A stretch of 64,000 nucleotides of DNA from an uncultured Bacillota bacterium (GCA_949292985.1 CASFBF010000001.1:23031-87030); one strand, 5' to 3'; positions 1 to 10,017 are shown, numbered from the stretch's first letter. Numbers and translations are program-made. Notes: generated from the letters alone by a model not told the origin.

Positions 1-411
1 GGCACGATTGTGGCGTTGATGGGAAACGCAGAAATGGGTATGCTTGCGCTTTCGGCGTTCGCAGTATGTGGAGGGCTGATTGCATTTTTATCGGTTAACA
101 CTTTCCCAGCCAAAATATTTATGGGCGATACAGGCTCATTGGCTCTGGGCGGGTTCATAGCCTGCCTTGCTCTGTTTTCGGGCAAGGCACTTCTTATTCC
201 TATAATGGGGATTATGTTTGTTTTGTCTGCGCTTAGCGACATTATTCAGGTGGCTTATTATAAAAAAACCAAAAAACGGGTGTTTTTAATGGCTCCGCTT
301 CATCATCATTTTGAAAAAAAGGGGGTGCATGAAAATCGCATTGTCACAATATATATAATTGTGACAAGCCTTCTTAGCGCGGTTTGTCTGTGTTTAGAAA
401 TCGCATTGTAG
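1..411 (+). CDS. mraY: phospho-N-acetylmuramoyl-pentapeptide transferase MraY, C-terminal part (5' end lies off the window)
   Basis: The frame is open from base 1. It carries the motifs FMGDTGSLALGGF and MAPLHHHFE and is followed by murD, as in dcw clusters. Confidence 0.93.
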   Translation, partial: GTIVALMGNAEMGMLALSAFAVCGGLIAFLSVNTFPAKIFMGDTGSLALGGFIACLALFSGKALLIPIMGIMFVLSALSDIIQVAYYKKTKKRVFLMAPLHHHFEKKGVHENRIVTIYIIVTSLLSAVCLCLEIAL

Positions 412-420
412 AGGGGGAAG

Positions 421-1725
421 ATGAACAAAAAACTTAAAGGTAAAAAGGTTTTGGTATATGGCCTCGGTGGCAGTGGTCAAGCCGCATGCAAACTTCTGCA
501 CACATTTGGTGCTTGCGTGAGTGTGTATGACGAGGATAAAAAATTCCGAAATCTTTTTTGTTATGTTGATGAGCCATTGTTTCACAAGTATGATTTGGTT
601 GTGGTTAGCCCTGGTGTTAAAGTGCTTGGCAACTCGTTAATCTCTGGGCTTAGAGCAAAGAAAACAAATATTCTAAGTGAAATAGACCTTGGCAGTATTT
701 TTAGTTTGGGAAAATTGATTGCTGTAACAGGCACAAATGGCAAAACCACAACTTGCTCACTTTTGGGTAAAATTTTTGATGAGGCCGGCAAAAAGAATTT
801 TGTATGTGGCAATATTGGGTTGCCAATAAGTTCTATTGCCCTAAAAACAGATAAAAAAAGTTTTGTTATTTGCGAAACTTCAAATTTTCAACTTGAATTA
901 TCAAGATTGTTCGCTCCCAGCATTGCTTGTGTTCTAAACATCGAGCCCGACCACTTAGATAGGCACGAAACTTTTGATGAATACAAGCGAGTTAAGTCTA
1001 AAATCTTTCAAAATTTTTCCGCTTTAAAACATGCAGTTATAAATTTGGATGATGAGGAAGCCAGAGAAATTGCCCCTCAAAAAAAGTGTGCGTATTACAG
1101 TTTTAATCCGCTTAAAAAGGGGGTTTGTGTAAGAAACGGTTGCATTTATAGTGGCAAAGCACGAATTATAAGTTTAGACGAAATTCCGCTTATAGGATTA
1201 AAAAACATATCCAATGTTATGGCTGCAATCAGCGTGGCATTGTTATGCAAAATTAAAATAAAACACATTAGAAATGCTATTATGTCTTTTTCACCGCCAG
1301 CGCATAGATTGGAGTTCGTAGATGAAATAAACGGTGTCACATTTATAGATGATTCAAAATCTACAAACATTGCTTGTGTAAAAATGGCAATTGAAAGTTT
1401 AAATTCAAAAAATTTGATTTTGATGCTGGGTGGGCAAAATAAAGGCTTGGATTTTAGCGAATTGTTTTCACTTTCTCCAAACTTAAAAAAGGTTATATGC
1501 TTTGGTGAGGCGGGTGAAGAAATTGACACAGTAGCCAAAAAATATGGCTACGATAGTCAAAGTTTTGGCACTTTAAAAGAAGCCACATATTTTGCAAAGT
1601 CAACTGCGAAAAGTGGAGACACTGTGCTTTTAAGCCCAGGTTGCACAAGTTTTGATGAGTTTTCTTCATATGCAGTTCGTGGACAAATTTTTTCGGAGTT
1701 GGTGAGAAGTGAGGACCAAAACTAA
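421..1725 (+). CDS. murD: UDP-N-acetylmuramoylalanine--D-glutamate ligase MurD
   Basis: N-terminal GLGGSG Rossmann motif and the Mur ligase P-loop GTNGKTTT. A GGGGGAAG RBS precedes the ATG. The gene sits between mraY and ftsW. Confidence 0.95.
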   Translation: MNKKLKGKKVLVYGLGGSGQAACKLLHTFGACVSVYDEDKKFRNLFCYVDEPLFHKYDLVVVSPGVKVLGNSLISGLRAKKTNILSEIDLGSIFSLGKLIAVTGTNGKTTTCSLLGKIFDEAGKKNFVCGNIGLPISSIALKTDKKSFVICETSNFQLELSRLFAPSIACVLNIEPDHLDRHETFDEYKRVKSKIFQNFSALKHAVINLDDEEAREIAPQKKCAYYSFNPLKKGVCVRNGCIYSGKARIISLDEIPLIGLKNISNVMAAISVALLCKIKIKHIRNAIMSFSPPAHRLEFVDEINGVTFIDDSKSTNIACVKMAIESLNSKNLILMLGGQNKGLDFSELFSLSPNLKKVICFGEAGEEIDTVAKKYGYDSQSFGTLKEATYFAKSTAKSGDTVLLSPGCTSFDEFSSYAVRGQIFSELVRSEDQN

Positions 1726-2830
1726 TTATATTTTAATAGCTTGCATAGTTTTAGGTTTAACTGCTTTTGGCGCAGTTATGGTTTATTCCGCAAGTTCTTA
1801 TTCTGCCGCTTATCACTTTAACAACGAGTATTTCTTTTTGTATAAGCAAATTTTTGGAATTGTGATAGGTGCTGTTCTAATGATTTTGCTTTCCTTTTAC
1901 GACTATCACAAACTTAAAAAATATAAGTGGCTTTTTGTGATTATAACTGTTATTTTACTTGTTTTGGTTTTTATACCTGGAATAGGGACAGAAAGTTATG
2001 GGGCAAAAAGGTGGCTTTCAATTTTTGGATTTTCCATTCAACCTTCCGAAGTTGCTAAATTCGCTTTGGTTATTTTTTGTGCAGCATATTTAAGTGAAAA
2101 TCATGAAAAAATAAAATCTTTTAAAACGCTTTTGCCGGTTTTGGGTGTGGCGGGGGTGTTCTGCCTGCTTGTTATCTTAGAGCCTTCCATGTCGGTTACT
2201 ATGTGCCTTGCTTTTATCACACTTTTTATGTTGATTGCGGGTGGGATAAGTAAGAAACATACCATAATGTTTTCCATTCCTGCGGCTGCTGCGGTTCCAG
2301 TTTTAATAGCGCTTGAACCTTACAGGCTTAAAAGATTGTTTGCTTTCATAAATCCTTGGGCATCACCACAAGGTGAGGGATTTCAACTTATTCAATCGCT
2401 CTATTCACTCGGCTCAGGCGGTTGGTTTGGGGTTGGACTTTTTAATTCAAGGCAAAAATATCTTTTTCTTCCATTTGCTGAAAGCGACTTTATTTTTGCA
2501 GTTATGGGTGAAGAGTTGGGACTTATTGGCTGTTTAATTTTCATGTTTGTTATGGCGGGTTTGGTATTTTTGCTAATTAAAATTGCACTTAATGCCTCAG
2601 ACCGTTTTGGAGCATTATTGGCCAGTGGTATTGGGTTTATAATTGCCATTCAAACTATTTTGAATATTGCAGTAGTAACGGGTTCGATCCCGCCAACGGG
2701 ACTTCCTCTTCCATTTATTTCAAGTGGCGGAACATCTGTTATGATGTTTATGGCGGGGATTGGAATCTGTTTAAATGTACTAAGGCAAAGTAAGGTTAAG
2801 GACAAAATATCTTTTAATGTGGCGAACTAA
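1709..2830 (+). CDS. ftsW: SEDS-family peptidoglycan glycosyltransferase FtsW/SpoVE
   Basis: Multi-TM protein with the motifs GSGGWFGVGL and LPFISSGGTS. The GTG start overlaps the murD end. It occupies the classic mraY-murD-spoVE position. Confidence 0.9.
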   Translation: MRTKTNYILIACIVLGLTAFGAVMVYSASSYSAAYHFNNEYFFLYKQIFGIVIGAVLMILLSFYDYHKLKKYKWLFVIITVILLVLVFIPGIGTESYGAKRWLSIFGFSIQPSEVAKFALVIFCAAYLSENHEKIKSFKTLLPVLGVAGVFCLLVILEPSMSVTMCLAFITLFMLIAGGISKKHTIMFSIPAAAAVPVLIALEPYRLKRLFAFINPWASPQGEGFQLIQSLYSLGSGGWFGVGLFNSRQKYLFLPFAESDFIFAVMGEELGLIGCLIFMFVMAGLVFLLIKIALNASDRFGALLASGIGFIIAIQTILNIAVVTGSIPPTGLPLPFISSGGTSVMMFMAGIGICLNVLRQSKVKDKISFNVAN

Positions 2831-2931
2831 ATAATTAAAAAAAATTATGAAAAATCATAAAGCGAAGTTTGCAAATTTTAATGTTTGACTTTAAGATTAA
2901 CATATGATATACTGTCTTACAGGAGAAAGTG

Positions 2932-3708
2932 ATGAAAGAATTTGAAATAATTAAAAAAGCCATAAAAAATGCAGGAAAAAAAATTTTTTTAAAAGGAAGT
3001 AAAGAAATAAATTTAAAAGGTGAATACGATTATTTTACAAACACTGATTTGAATTGTGAAAAATACTTGATTTCAAAGATAAAGAAATATTTCCCCGAAG
3101 ATGAAATTTTGAGTGAAGAAACTTGTAATACAACAAAGTTACAAAACAGAGTTTGGATTATAGATCCAATAGATGGAACTCACAATTATGCAAATGGATT
3201 AAAAGAATGTGGGATACAAATCGCTTTTTTTGATAAAAATGAAGTGAAGTTTTCTGTGATTTATTTGCCTTATTATAATGAATTATATTCTTGTGTTAAA
3301 GGCGATGGAGTTCGTTTAAATGGGCGTGAAATTAAAATAATGAGAGATATACCGCTTGGCAGATCTTTAATTGAGATGTGTACATTAACACACGAAGAAA
3401 AAGTTAAGAAAATTTCACTTAACTGTTTAAACGAAATACATAAAAAGATATTGGAAGTGCGCATTGTAGGCTGTGGTTGTTGTGAATTTATAAATATGAT
3501 AAACAAGAATTTTGGTGCCTATGTTTTAATAAGGCAAGAAATTTGTAAATGGGATTTGTTGCCAGGGCTTTTTATGTGCCAAGAAAGCAATTTAAGTACA
3601 TCCAATAAGATTTACAAAGGTTTTGAATATTGCATTGTCGCAAATAATAAAACAATTTTAAATTATATTGAAAGAAAGGTAAGGAAATGTATTTTAGAAG
3701 TGAATTAG
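2932..3708 (+). CDS. inositol monophosphatase (SuhB/CysQ) family protein
   Basis: WIIDPIDGTHNY metal-binding motif. An AGGAGA RBS lies 8 nt upstream of the ATG, and a TTGACT-17-TATACT promoter lies near 2885-2913. Confidence 0.8.
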   Translation: MKEFEIIKKAIKNAGKKIFLKGSKEINLKGEYDYFTNTDLNCEKYLISKIKKYFPEDEILSEETCNTTKLQNRVWIIDPIDGTHNYANGLKECGIQIAFFDKNEVKFSVIYLPYYNELYSCVKGDGVRLNGREIKIMRDIPLGRSLIEMCTLTHEEKVKKISLNCLNEIHKKILEVRIVGCGCCEFINMINKNFGAYVLIRQEICKWDLLPGLFMCQESNLSTSNKIYKGFEYCIVANNKTILNYIERKVRKCILEVN

Positions 3709-3918
3709 TTAAAAATATGAAATTTGTGTAATCGCAAAAACAAGAGCATTTATAGTTGTTGTCAAAATTTGAAGCATGGTGTTAAAAAAGGCTATCGTTC
3801 ATATTGTTATTCATGTTTTAAAAATTTAATTATTTTAAATAAAATTTTTGTTTAGTAGTTGATTTTTTTAAAAATTGGTTTATAATAAAAGAGTAATATT
3901 AAATTGGGGAGGTGGGTA

Positions 3919-4515
3919 ATGCAAATTATTCCTGAACAAGCAAAAATGATAGAAAATTTAAAAGAAAATGGGATTGATGCGGAGTATCAAAATATCAAGT
4001 CCCTTCAACATTATTTAATTAACTTTGGAGGTAAGTACATAAAAATAATGACAAGTTATGGTCCTACTTTGTGTGTTGCTTCATTAGTTAATGAAAAAAA
4101 CAATGAACGATTAGTGGTCGCTTGTGGAAAAATGAAAGTTGGCAACAACTTAAAAGATGTTGAAGACTTTAATAAAATGGAGGACAAGTTAGTTATCATA
4201 GGCGACAAAGGCACAAATGTAGGCATAAATTTAGAAGAAAAAAGGATAATAAAAAGAATTCATAGTGCGTATTTGGATATAAAAGAAAATAATTTGCTGA
4301 TTGCGTTAACACAAAATGAAATGTTACCTGTGTACAATGACCGAACAGATTATGTAGTTTGTGATTTAGATTCAAAAGAAGTTTTGGTTTTCCAGGATTC
4401 CGATAACAAATATAGAACAAAAGCGAATAAGAAATTGGAAGACATTACTCGCGTTGACATAGAAAACTTTATTAAAGCGGAAAACAAACGCATAAATGAA
4501 ATGGTAATGTCATAA
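3919..4515 (+). CDS. hypothetical protein (198 aa, no family recognised)
   Basis: A GGGGAGGTGGG RBS lies directly before the ATG at 3919. The frame is clean and ends at a strong bidirectional terminator. Confidence 0.6.
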   Translation: MQIIPEQAKMIENLKENGIDAEYQNIKSLQHYLINFGGKYIKIMTSYGPTLCVASLVNEKNNERLVVACGKMKVGNNLKDVEDFNKMEDKLVIIGDKGTNVGINLEEKRIIKRIHSAYLDIKENNLLIALTQNEMLPVYNDRTDYVVCDLDSKEVLVFQDSDNKYRTKANKKLEDITRVDIENFIKAENKRINEMVMS

Positions 4516-4544
4516 ATCGAACTTAAATTATTATTTGAAATACT

Positions 4545-4582
4545 AAAAAACCAGTTGAAATAATTAAACAACTGGTTTTTTT
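4545..4582. terminator. bidirectional intrinsic terminator between convergent genes
   Basis: AAAAAACCAGTTG-loop-CAACTGGTTTTTTT, with an A-run on one side and a T-run on the other. Confidence 0.8.
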
Positions 4583-4658
4583 ATTCTTAGCAACAAATTA
4601 TTATATGAATACTGTTTGTAAAAAAGTTAAACCGTGTAAATTAAGTAAAGGGAACTTG

Positions 4659-5300
4659 TTAAAGTTCTCTTTCTTCTTTTCCATAAATATAGTCAGAAAT
4701 GTCAGAACAATAATCTAATAGAAAGTTTGATTGCTTTGATAACGTATCATCTGGCAACTCTTCAAATATTTCATATTTAGGTTTGTTTAATTCTTTTAAA
4801 TAAGTGTTTTTAGCATCTAATACTCTGGCGGTTGCCATGTAAAAGTCATCTTTATCATTGAAGTGTTGATTTATAAACTTTTCCTGACAATCATCAAGGG
4901 TTTTGCCTTGTTTTTCCAAATCTCGACTTTCTAAAAAGTTGATAGTTGCAAACGCACCACCAGGCAATATTGATGCAACCGTTCCAGCAACTACACCTGC
5001 AACTGCAACATCTGTTAATGCTAAAGCAGTGCCAATTACCGTTGATGCTACTGCCGCACTTGCAAGAAAAACTAAACCTCTCACTTTTTTAGTTTTTGAA
5101 AAATCATGAATGGTTCTTCTAACTTGAAAAAGAGTAGCCTGTTTAAGAATTTCATCTTTTTGTTCTTGTGGTATTTCTATGTCTAAACTGTTTGACAACG
5201 AAAGCATGGCAAGATTAGATGCGGTTTCTTTTGTTGCCTTGTTAAAGTCACTCGTTAACAGATTTTTTAATTTTAATATAGGATTTTTTATTTTTCTCAT
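4659..5300 (-). CDS. hypothetical membrane protein with a central Gly/Ala-rich TM hairpin; probably translated from a leaderless mRNA
   Basis: The hydrophobic core is GLVFLASAAVASTVIGTALALTDVAVAGVVAGTVASILPGGAF. I moved the start to the ATG at 5300 because the TTG start in the track (5336) is the -35 box of a consensus promoter. Confidence 0.6.
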   Translation of the reverse strand: MRKIKNPILKLKNLLTSDFNKATKETASNLAMLSLSNSLDIEIPQEQKDEILKQATLFQVRRTIHDFSKTKKVRGLVFLASAAVASTVIGTALALTDVAVAGVVAGTVASILPGGAFATINFLESRDLEKQGKTLDDCQEKFINQHFNDKDDFYMATARVLDAKNTYLKELNKPKYEIFEELPDDTLSKQSNFLLDYCSDISDYIYGKEEREL

Positions 5301-5307
5301 GCTAAAA

Positions 5308-5336
5308 ATTATAGCATTTTTTGCGCTGTTTGTCAA
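5308..5336 (-). promoter_or_regulatory. sigmaA-type promoter TTGACA-17-(TGc)TATAAT ending 7 nt before the ATG
   Basis: The minus strand reads TTGACAaacagcgcaaaaaatgcTATAATttttagcATG. No Shine-Dalgarno sequence is present. Confidence 0.6.
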
Positions 5337-5411
5337 TATACAATATGAACACAGGTGCGCATGTGAGCATACAATAAAATGTGGCTAAAACAAATTCAAA
5401 AGAGGAACTTT

Positions 5412-6668
5412 ATGAGTAAACTTTTAATCCATGGTGGGAACAAACTTTTTGGTGAAATTTCAATTACCGCCGCTAAAAATTCTTATCTTCCAATTCTTGC
5501 TGCATGTGTGCTTTGCGAAGAACAAATTGTTTTACATAACTATCCAAATTACACAGACACACAAAGCATGTGTAAAATTTTATCGTCATTGGGGGCCAAC
5601 ATTGAAAATCATGATGGGAATTTGATTATAGACCCATCGTCCCTTTTTTCATGGGGTATAGAAAGTGAACTTGCATGTCAAGTGCGTTCTTCCATTTTTA
5701 TGCTTGGTGCACTACTAGGAAGATTTAAAAAGGCAAGAGTGGCTTATCCCGGCGGTTGTGAAATTGGGGCAAGGCCAATAGACATTCACCTTTCGGGCTT
5801 TAAAAAACTTGGAGTTAAAGTTGAAGAAAAACATGGCTATATTTATTGTAATGCTGATAAAATGCATTCAGGCACAATTTTACTGGAATTTCCAAGCGTA
5901 GGCGCAACCGAAAGTCTCATGATGGCAAGCGTGCTTTTAGACGGGGAAACCCGTATTCTTAACGCAGCAAAAGAACCGGAAATTGTGGATTTGCAGAATT
6001 TTTTAGTCAAAATGGGTGCAAAAGTTAGGGGCGCTGGTAGTGGCGAAATTGTAATTGATGGTGTTAAAAAATTGCATGGTTGCGAATTTACTCCTATAAA
6101 CGATAGAATAATTGCAGGGACATATATGATTGCAACCGCAATGTGTGGGGGAGATGTTTTGTTAAAGGGAATAAATCCTGAACATTTGCGGGCGCTTATT
6201 GATAAATTAGACAAAACTGCTTGCGTTGTTGAGGCGAAAAATGATAAAATCAGAGTGACAAGTGATGGAAAGCCTGTTGCTATTGGAAAGGTTGAGACAT
6301 CGGTCTATCCAGGTTTGCCCACCGATTTGCAGGCACAAATTCTTGCACTTTCTTGTATAAGTGACGGAAGCAGTATGATAATTGAAAATGTTTTTGAATC
6401 AAGATTTAAACATGTTCCCGAACTTATCAAAATGGGCGCAGATGTGCATGTTAAAGATAGGGTGGCGTTTGTGCGAGGAGTTCCGCATTTATATGGTGCA
6501 TCGGTTTGTGGCATGGAACTTAGGGGCACGGCTTCGCTTATTCTTGCAGGGTTGGTGGCGGAAGGTTATACAACTGTTTCTAACATCAGGCATGTTGACA
6601 GGGGATACAAAAACATTGAAAAAGAATTGGCATCACTTGGGGCAGATATAGAAAGGGTTGAGGATTGA
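5412..6668 (+). CDS. murA: UDP-N-acetylglucosamine 1-carboxyvinyltransferase MurA
   Basis: Full-length MurA-like sequence (LIHGGNKLFGEISI.AAKNSYLPILAA, GCEIGARPIDIHL). An AAGAGGA RBS precedes the ATG at 5412. Confidence 0.93.
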   Translation: MSKLLIHGGNKLFGEISITAAKNSYLPILAACVLCEEQIVLHNYPNYTDTQSMCKILSSLGANIENHDGNLIIDPSSLFSWGIESELACQVRSSIFMLGALLGRFKKARVAYPGGCEIGARPIDIHLSGFKKLGVKVEEKHGYIYCNADKMHSGTILLEFPSVGATESLMMASVLLDGETRILNAAKEPEIVDLQNFLVKMGAKVRGAGSGEIVIDGVKKLHGCEFTPINDRIIAGTYMIATAMCGGDVLLKGINPEHLRALIDKLDKTACVVEAKNDKIRVTSDGKPVAIGKVETSVYPGLPTDLQAQILALSCISDGSSMIIENVFESRFKHVPELIKMGADVHVKDRVAFVRGVPHLYGASVCGMELRGTASLILAGLVAEGYTTVSNIRHVDRGYKNIEKELASLGADIERVED

Positions 6669-7519
6669 AAAAAAGTTGGATTATTGCACTAAGCGTTGTT
6701 GGAGTTGTTATCGTAACGATAATAATTTTGTGTTTTACGCTTTTTACTGTGCAAAATGTTAATGTTCAATTTTGGACAAGCACCCAACATGAATATGAAG
6801 ATGAAAAAATAATTTCCGCATCTAACATTCAAATGGGTAAAAATATTTTCTTTTTGGACAAGCAAAATTTTGCGGATAACATAGAGCGTGAATATCCGTA
6901 TTTGCAAGTTATAAACATTGAAATCTCATTTCCTTCGTCATTTACCATACATGTTAGAGAACGTCAAAGTTTTTATGCGGTTAAAAATGATGAAGGGTAT
7001 TTGATTTTAGATGATTATTTAAAAGTGTTGGAACAAAGCCAAGAGTTGTCTATACCAGCAATATTTGTGGAAAGCAAAATTGAAACCTTAGATGGTAGTG
7101 AAAAATATATTACAGATGCGCAAGGCAATGCCGGTGATTTTTTGCAGATTGACCTTTTAAAAGAGTTTTATGACGCTTTGCTTGTAAACGGCCTGACAAG
7201 GTCCGATTGTTTAGCGATGATAAAACAAATCACTTTTTTTGAAAGTGAAAATGAAGTTTTTGGAAATACAGAACTGGGATTAAAACTAACCTTATATTCT
7301 GGCAGAGAAGTTTATTTGCATAATGCCAATGTTATTTTGGAATATAAATTGGCAAAGTTTTTTGCGGTTGAAAAAGCGCTTCCGTCTCTTGCTCCTGACC
7401 TTAGCGACGAAGTTATAAACCAAAGCGAAATACACATAAACAATTTTATTGGAAGTGATTATCCAGAAGAAGATTGCTATTTCTATTTAGTATATGAAGG
7501 TGAAAGAGTGACATTATGA
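6665..7519 (+). CDS. ftsQ: cell division protein FtsQ/DivIB
   Basis: N-terminal TM segment followed by a POTRA-like region. The TTG start overlaps the murA stop. The gene lies directly upstream of ftsA-ftsZ. Confidence 0.8.
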   Translation: MKKSWIIALSVVGVVIVTIIILCFTLFTVQNVNVQFWTSTQHEYEDEKIISASNIQMGKNIFFLDKQNFADNIEREYPYLQVINIEISFPSSFTIHVRERQSFYAVKNDEGYLILDDYLKVLEQSQELSIPAIFVESKIETLDGSEKYITDAQGNAGDFLQIDLLKEFYDALLVNGLTRSDCLAMIKQITFFESENEVFGNTELGLKLTLYSGREVYLHNANVILEYKLAKFFAVEKALPSLAPDLSDEVINQSEIHINNFIGSDYPEEDCYFYLVYEGERVTL

Positions 7520-7558
7520 ATACATATTCACAAAAATTTATAAATATAAAAAATTCTC

Positions 7559-7587
7559 TTGACAAAATGCGCTAAAAATATTAGAAT
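7559..7587 (+). promoter_or_regulatory. sigmaA-type promoter TTGACA-17-TAGAAT upstream of ftsA
   Basis: The hexamers and spacing were read directly from the sequence. Confidence 0.55.
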
Positions 7588-7606
7588 GGGAGGGTAAGGA
7601 TTAAAA

Positions 7607-8728
7607 ATGTTTAAAAAAGAAGTTGTTTGTTTAGAAATTGGTTCGTCAAAACTTAGGGTTATCGTTGCAAGCGAGGGTGTAAACAACACCCTTAAAATTA
7701 AAGAACTTGCTTCAAGAGATTATGACGGATATTTTCAGGGTGAGTTCGTTGACGAAAAGCATTTGGCGCCAAATCTTTTTGAACTTTTTAACAGCATTGA
7801 TTTTAAAAGCAAAAAATACTATAAAAAACTTTACATATCACTTCCATCTGAAATGTGTAAGGTTGTGAATTCGGTTGCTTCAATTGATATAGACGGTTTG
7901 GGCAAAGCAACCAAAAATGATTTAGATAATTTAAGTTTTCAAGCCATTGAAAAAGCGGGAGTTGATGATTATGAAGTTGTCAGCATTTCACCTATTAGTT
8001 ATTCTATTGATGACAGTCAAGTGGAAAATCCACTGGGTAAAAAGGGCAGATTGCTTTCTGGGGAATTTTCTATAATTTTATGTGAAAAAACTTTAATAGA
8101 AAAACTAAACAACATTTTTTCTGATCTTGGATTTATCAATGTTGAATATATAAGTGAAGTTTTGTGTGGCGCGTTGTTTATAGTTCCTGAGGAAGAAAGG
8201 AAAGAAGGCGCAATTTTGATTGATATTGGGCATCTTACAACAAGCGTAACATATGCAAAAAATGATGGAATAAACAGTTTAACATCTTTCTCGATAGGCG
8301 GAGGGCATATCACCAACGATTTAAGCGAAGCGTTTGACCTTGTTTATGATGATGCAGAAAGATTAAAACGAATGGTTGTTATTTCAGTGGAAGCAGACGC
8401 ACTTGATTATTATGACTTGCCGTCTGTTGAAGGAAGAATTCAACGCATTCCACAGGCAGACGCAAATGCTGTGGTTTCTTACAGGTTGGAAGCAATCGCA
8501 TCTGCAATCAATCAGTGTTTGATAATGCAGGGAATAAATCTTTCAAGTTATGTTCCAATTTATTTGATTGGCGGGGGAGCAAGCAAAATTAAAGGCGGAA
8601 AAGATTTCCTATCAAAATGTCTTGGAAGGAACATAACTTTGGGCAGAGCACCTTTGCCAGGAAAGGACAAGCCAGAAGAAGCAATTATTTATGCAATTGC
8701 CGATTATGTGCTTAAAAATTGCGAATAA
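7607..8728 (+). CDS. ftsA: cell division protein FtsA
   Basis: Actin-like ATPase sequence (CLEIGSSKLRV, IDIGHLTTSV, LIGGGASKIKG). It lies directly upstream of ftsZ. Confidence 0.93.
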   Translation: MFKKEVVCLEIGSSKLRVIVASEGVNNTLKIKELASRDYDGYFQGEFVDEKHLAPNLFELFNSIDFKSKKYYKKLYISLPSEMCKVVNSVASIDIDGLGKATKNDLDNLSFQAIEKAGVDDYEVVSISPISYSIDDSQVENPLGKKGRLLSGEFSIILCEKTLIEKLNNIFSDLGFINVEYISEVLCGALFIVPEEERKEGAILIDIGHLTTSVTYAKNDGINSLTSFSIGGGHITNDLSEAFDLVYDDAERLKRMVVISVEADALDYYDLPSVEGRIQRIPQADANAVVSYRLEAIASAINQCLIMQGINLSSYVPIYLIGGGASKIKGGKDFLSKCLGRNITLGRAPLPGKDKPEEAIIYAIADYVLKNCE

Positions 8729-8794
8729 ACATACATTTTGCTTGCAAAATTATATGTTTTCGATTATAATTACAATAGTTTAAGGAGATTTTTT

Positions 8795-9979
8795 ATGGAA
8801 AACAATACTTCATTTGGCAACAACACTTCATTTGCTAAAATTAAGGTAGTCGGCGTTGGCGGGGGCGGAAACAACGCTGTAAATAGAATGATTGAGGCTG
8901 GCGTAGATTCTGCTGAGTTTGTTGCAGTTAACACTGACAAACAGGCTTTGGTGGTTAGTAAGGCACCAGTAAGACTTCAAATTGGTGAAAGATTAACTGG
9001 TGGTCTTGGCGCTGGTGGTATACCTGAAATTGGTCAAAAATCTGCTGAGGAATCAAAGGCGTCTATTACAGAAATGCTTGAAGGTTCTCATCTTGTTTTC
9101 ATCACCGCAGGTATGGGTGGCGGAACAGGAACAGGTGCTGCACCTGTTGTTGCTCAAATTGCAAAAGAGATGGGCATTCTGACAATTGCCGTAGTTACAA
9201 AACCTTTCGCTTTTGAAAGCAGAATTAGGGCAGAGAACGCAGAAAAAGGTATCAACGAATTAAAGAAATATGTTGACACAATGGTTATCATTCCAAATGA
9301 AAGATTGTTCCAAATCGTTCCAAAGAAAACACCTATTTTAGAGGCGTTTAGATACGCAGACGATGTTCTTCGTCAAGGTATTCAAGGCATTTCAGATTTA
9401 ATTGTTAAACCTGGTCTTATCAACCTTGATTTTGCCGATGTTAAAACCATTATGCAAAATAAAGGACTTGCACATATGGGCATTGGTCATGGTAAGGGTG
9501 AAAATAAAGCGCTTGACGCTGTTAAACAAGCAGTTGCCAGCCCACTTATTGAAACAACAATTGAAGGCGCAAAAGGCTTACTGTTGAATGTTAAAGGTGG
9601 AATGGATCTTACTCAGGAAGATGTAAGCGAAGTTGCAACTCTTGTTCAAGAAGTTATCGACCCAAGTTGCCAAGTTATTTTTGGAAATAGCATTGACCCT
9701 GATATGCACGATGAACTTGAAGTAACAATCATTGCAACAGGCTTCCCAACAACTGAGGAAAAAGCAAAAACAACAGAAGCAGAAGAGGCAAGGGACTTTA
9801 ATCCAGATTTTGCTGAAAAAGAAGGATTGAAAGGATTGGCAGGTTTGAAAAATCAGCCAAGAGAAGAAGTTAGGCCAGAAGTTTCAATCAAGAGAGATGA
9901 AAATGCAGGCTCATCAAGGGTTGAAGTTGACACTTCTATTCCTGCTTGGCTTAGACAACTTAGAAGCAAGAAAAAATAA
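8795..9979 (+). CDS. ftsZ: cell division GTPase FtsZ
   Basis: [14 protein letters not shown] and the tubulin signature [11 protein letters not shown]. An AAGGAG RBS precedes the ATG at 8795; the upstream extension in the track has no RBS. Confidence 0.97.
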   Translation: MENNTSFGNNTSFAKIKVVGVGGGGNNAVNRMIEAGVDSAEFVAVNTDKQALVVSKAPVRLQIGERLTGGLGAGGIPEIGQKSAEESKASITEMLEGSHLVFITAGMGGGTGTGAAPVVAQIAKEMGILTIAVVTKPFAFESRIRAENAEKGINELKKYVDTMVIIPNERLFQIVPKKTPILEAFRYADDVLRQGIQGISDLIVKPGLINLDFADVKTIMQNKGLAHMGIGHGKGENKALDAVKQAVASPLIETTIEGAKGLLLNVKGGMDLTQEDVSEVATLVQEVIDPSCQVIFGNSIDPDMHDELEVTIIATGFPTTEEKAKTTEAEEARDFNPDFAEKEGLKGLAGLKNQPREEVRPEVSIKRDENAGSSRVEVDTSIPAWLRQLRSKKK

Positions 9980-9990
9980 CTGAAAAATTG

Positions 9991-10017
9991 ATGCTACTTT
10001 AAAGTAGCATTTTTTTT
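9991..10017 (+). terminator. intrinsic terminator after ftsZ
   Basis: The palindrome ATGCTACTTTAAAGTAGCAT is followed by TTTTTTT. Confidence 0.8.

Noticed and set aside
8738-8794. N-terminal extensions proposed by the ORF track for ftsZ, and likewise for murA, sigE, sigG, spoIVA, dnaK, mtaB, sepF, rplU, floA, ybeY, rpmB and the CI-like repressor.
   Set aside because: In each case an internal ATG is preceded by a strong GGAGG-type RBS and gives the canonical N-terminus of the family. The upstream extensions lack an RBS and run through promoters or terminators.
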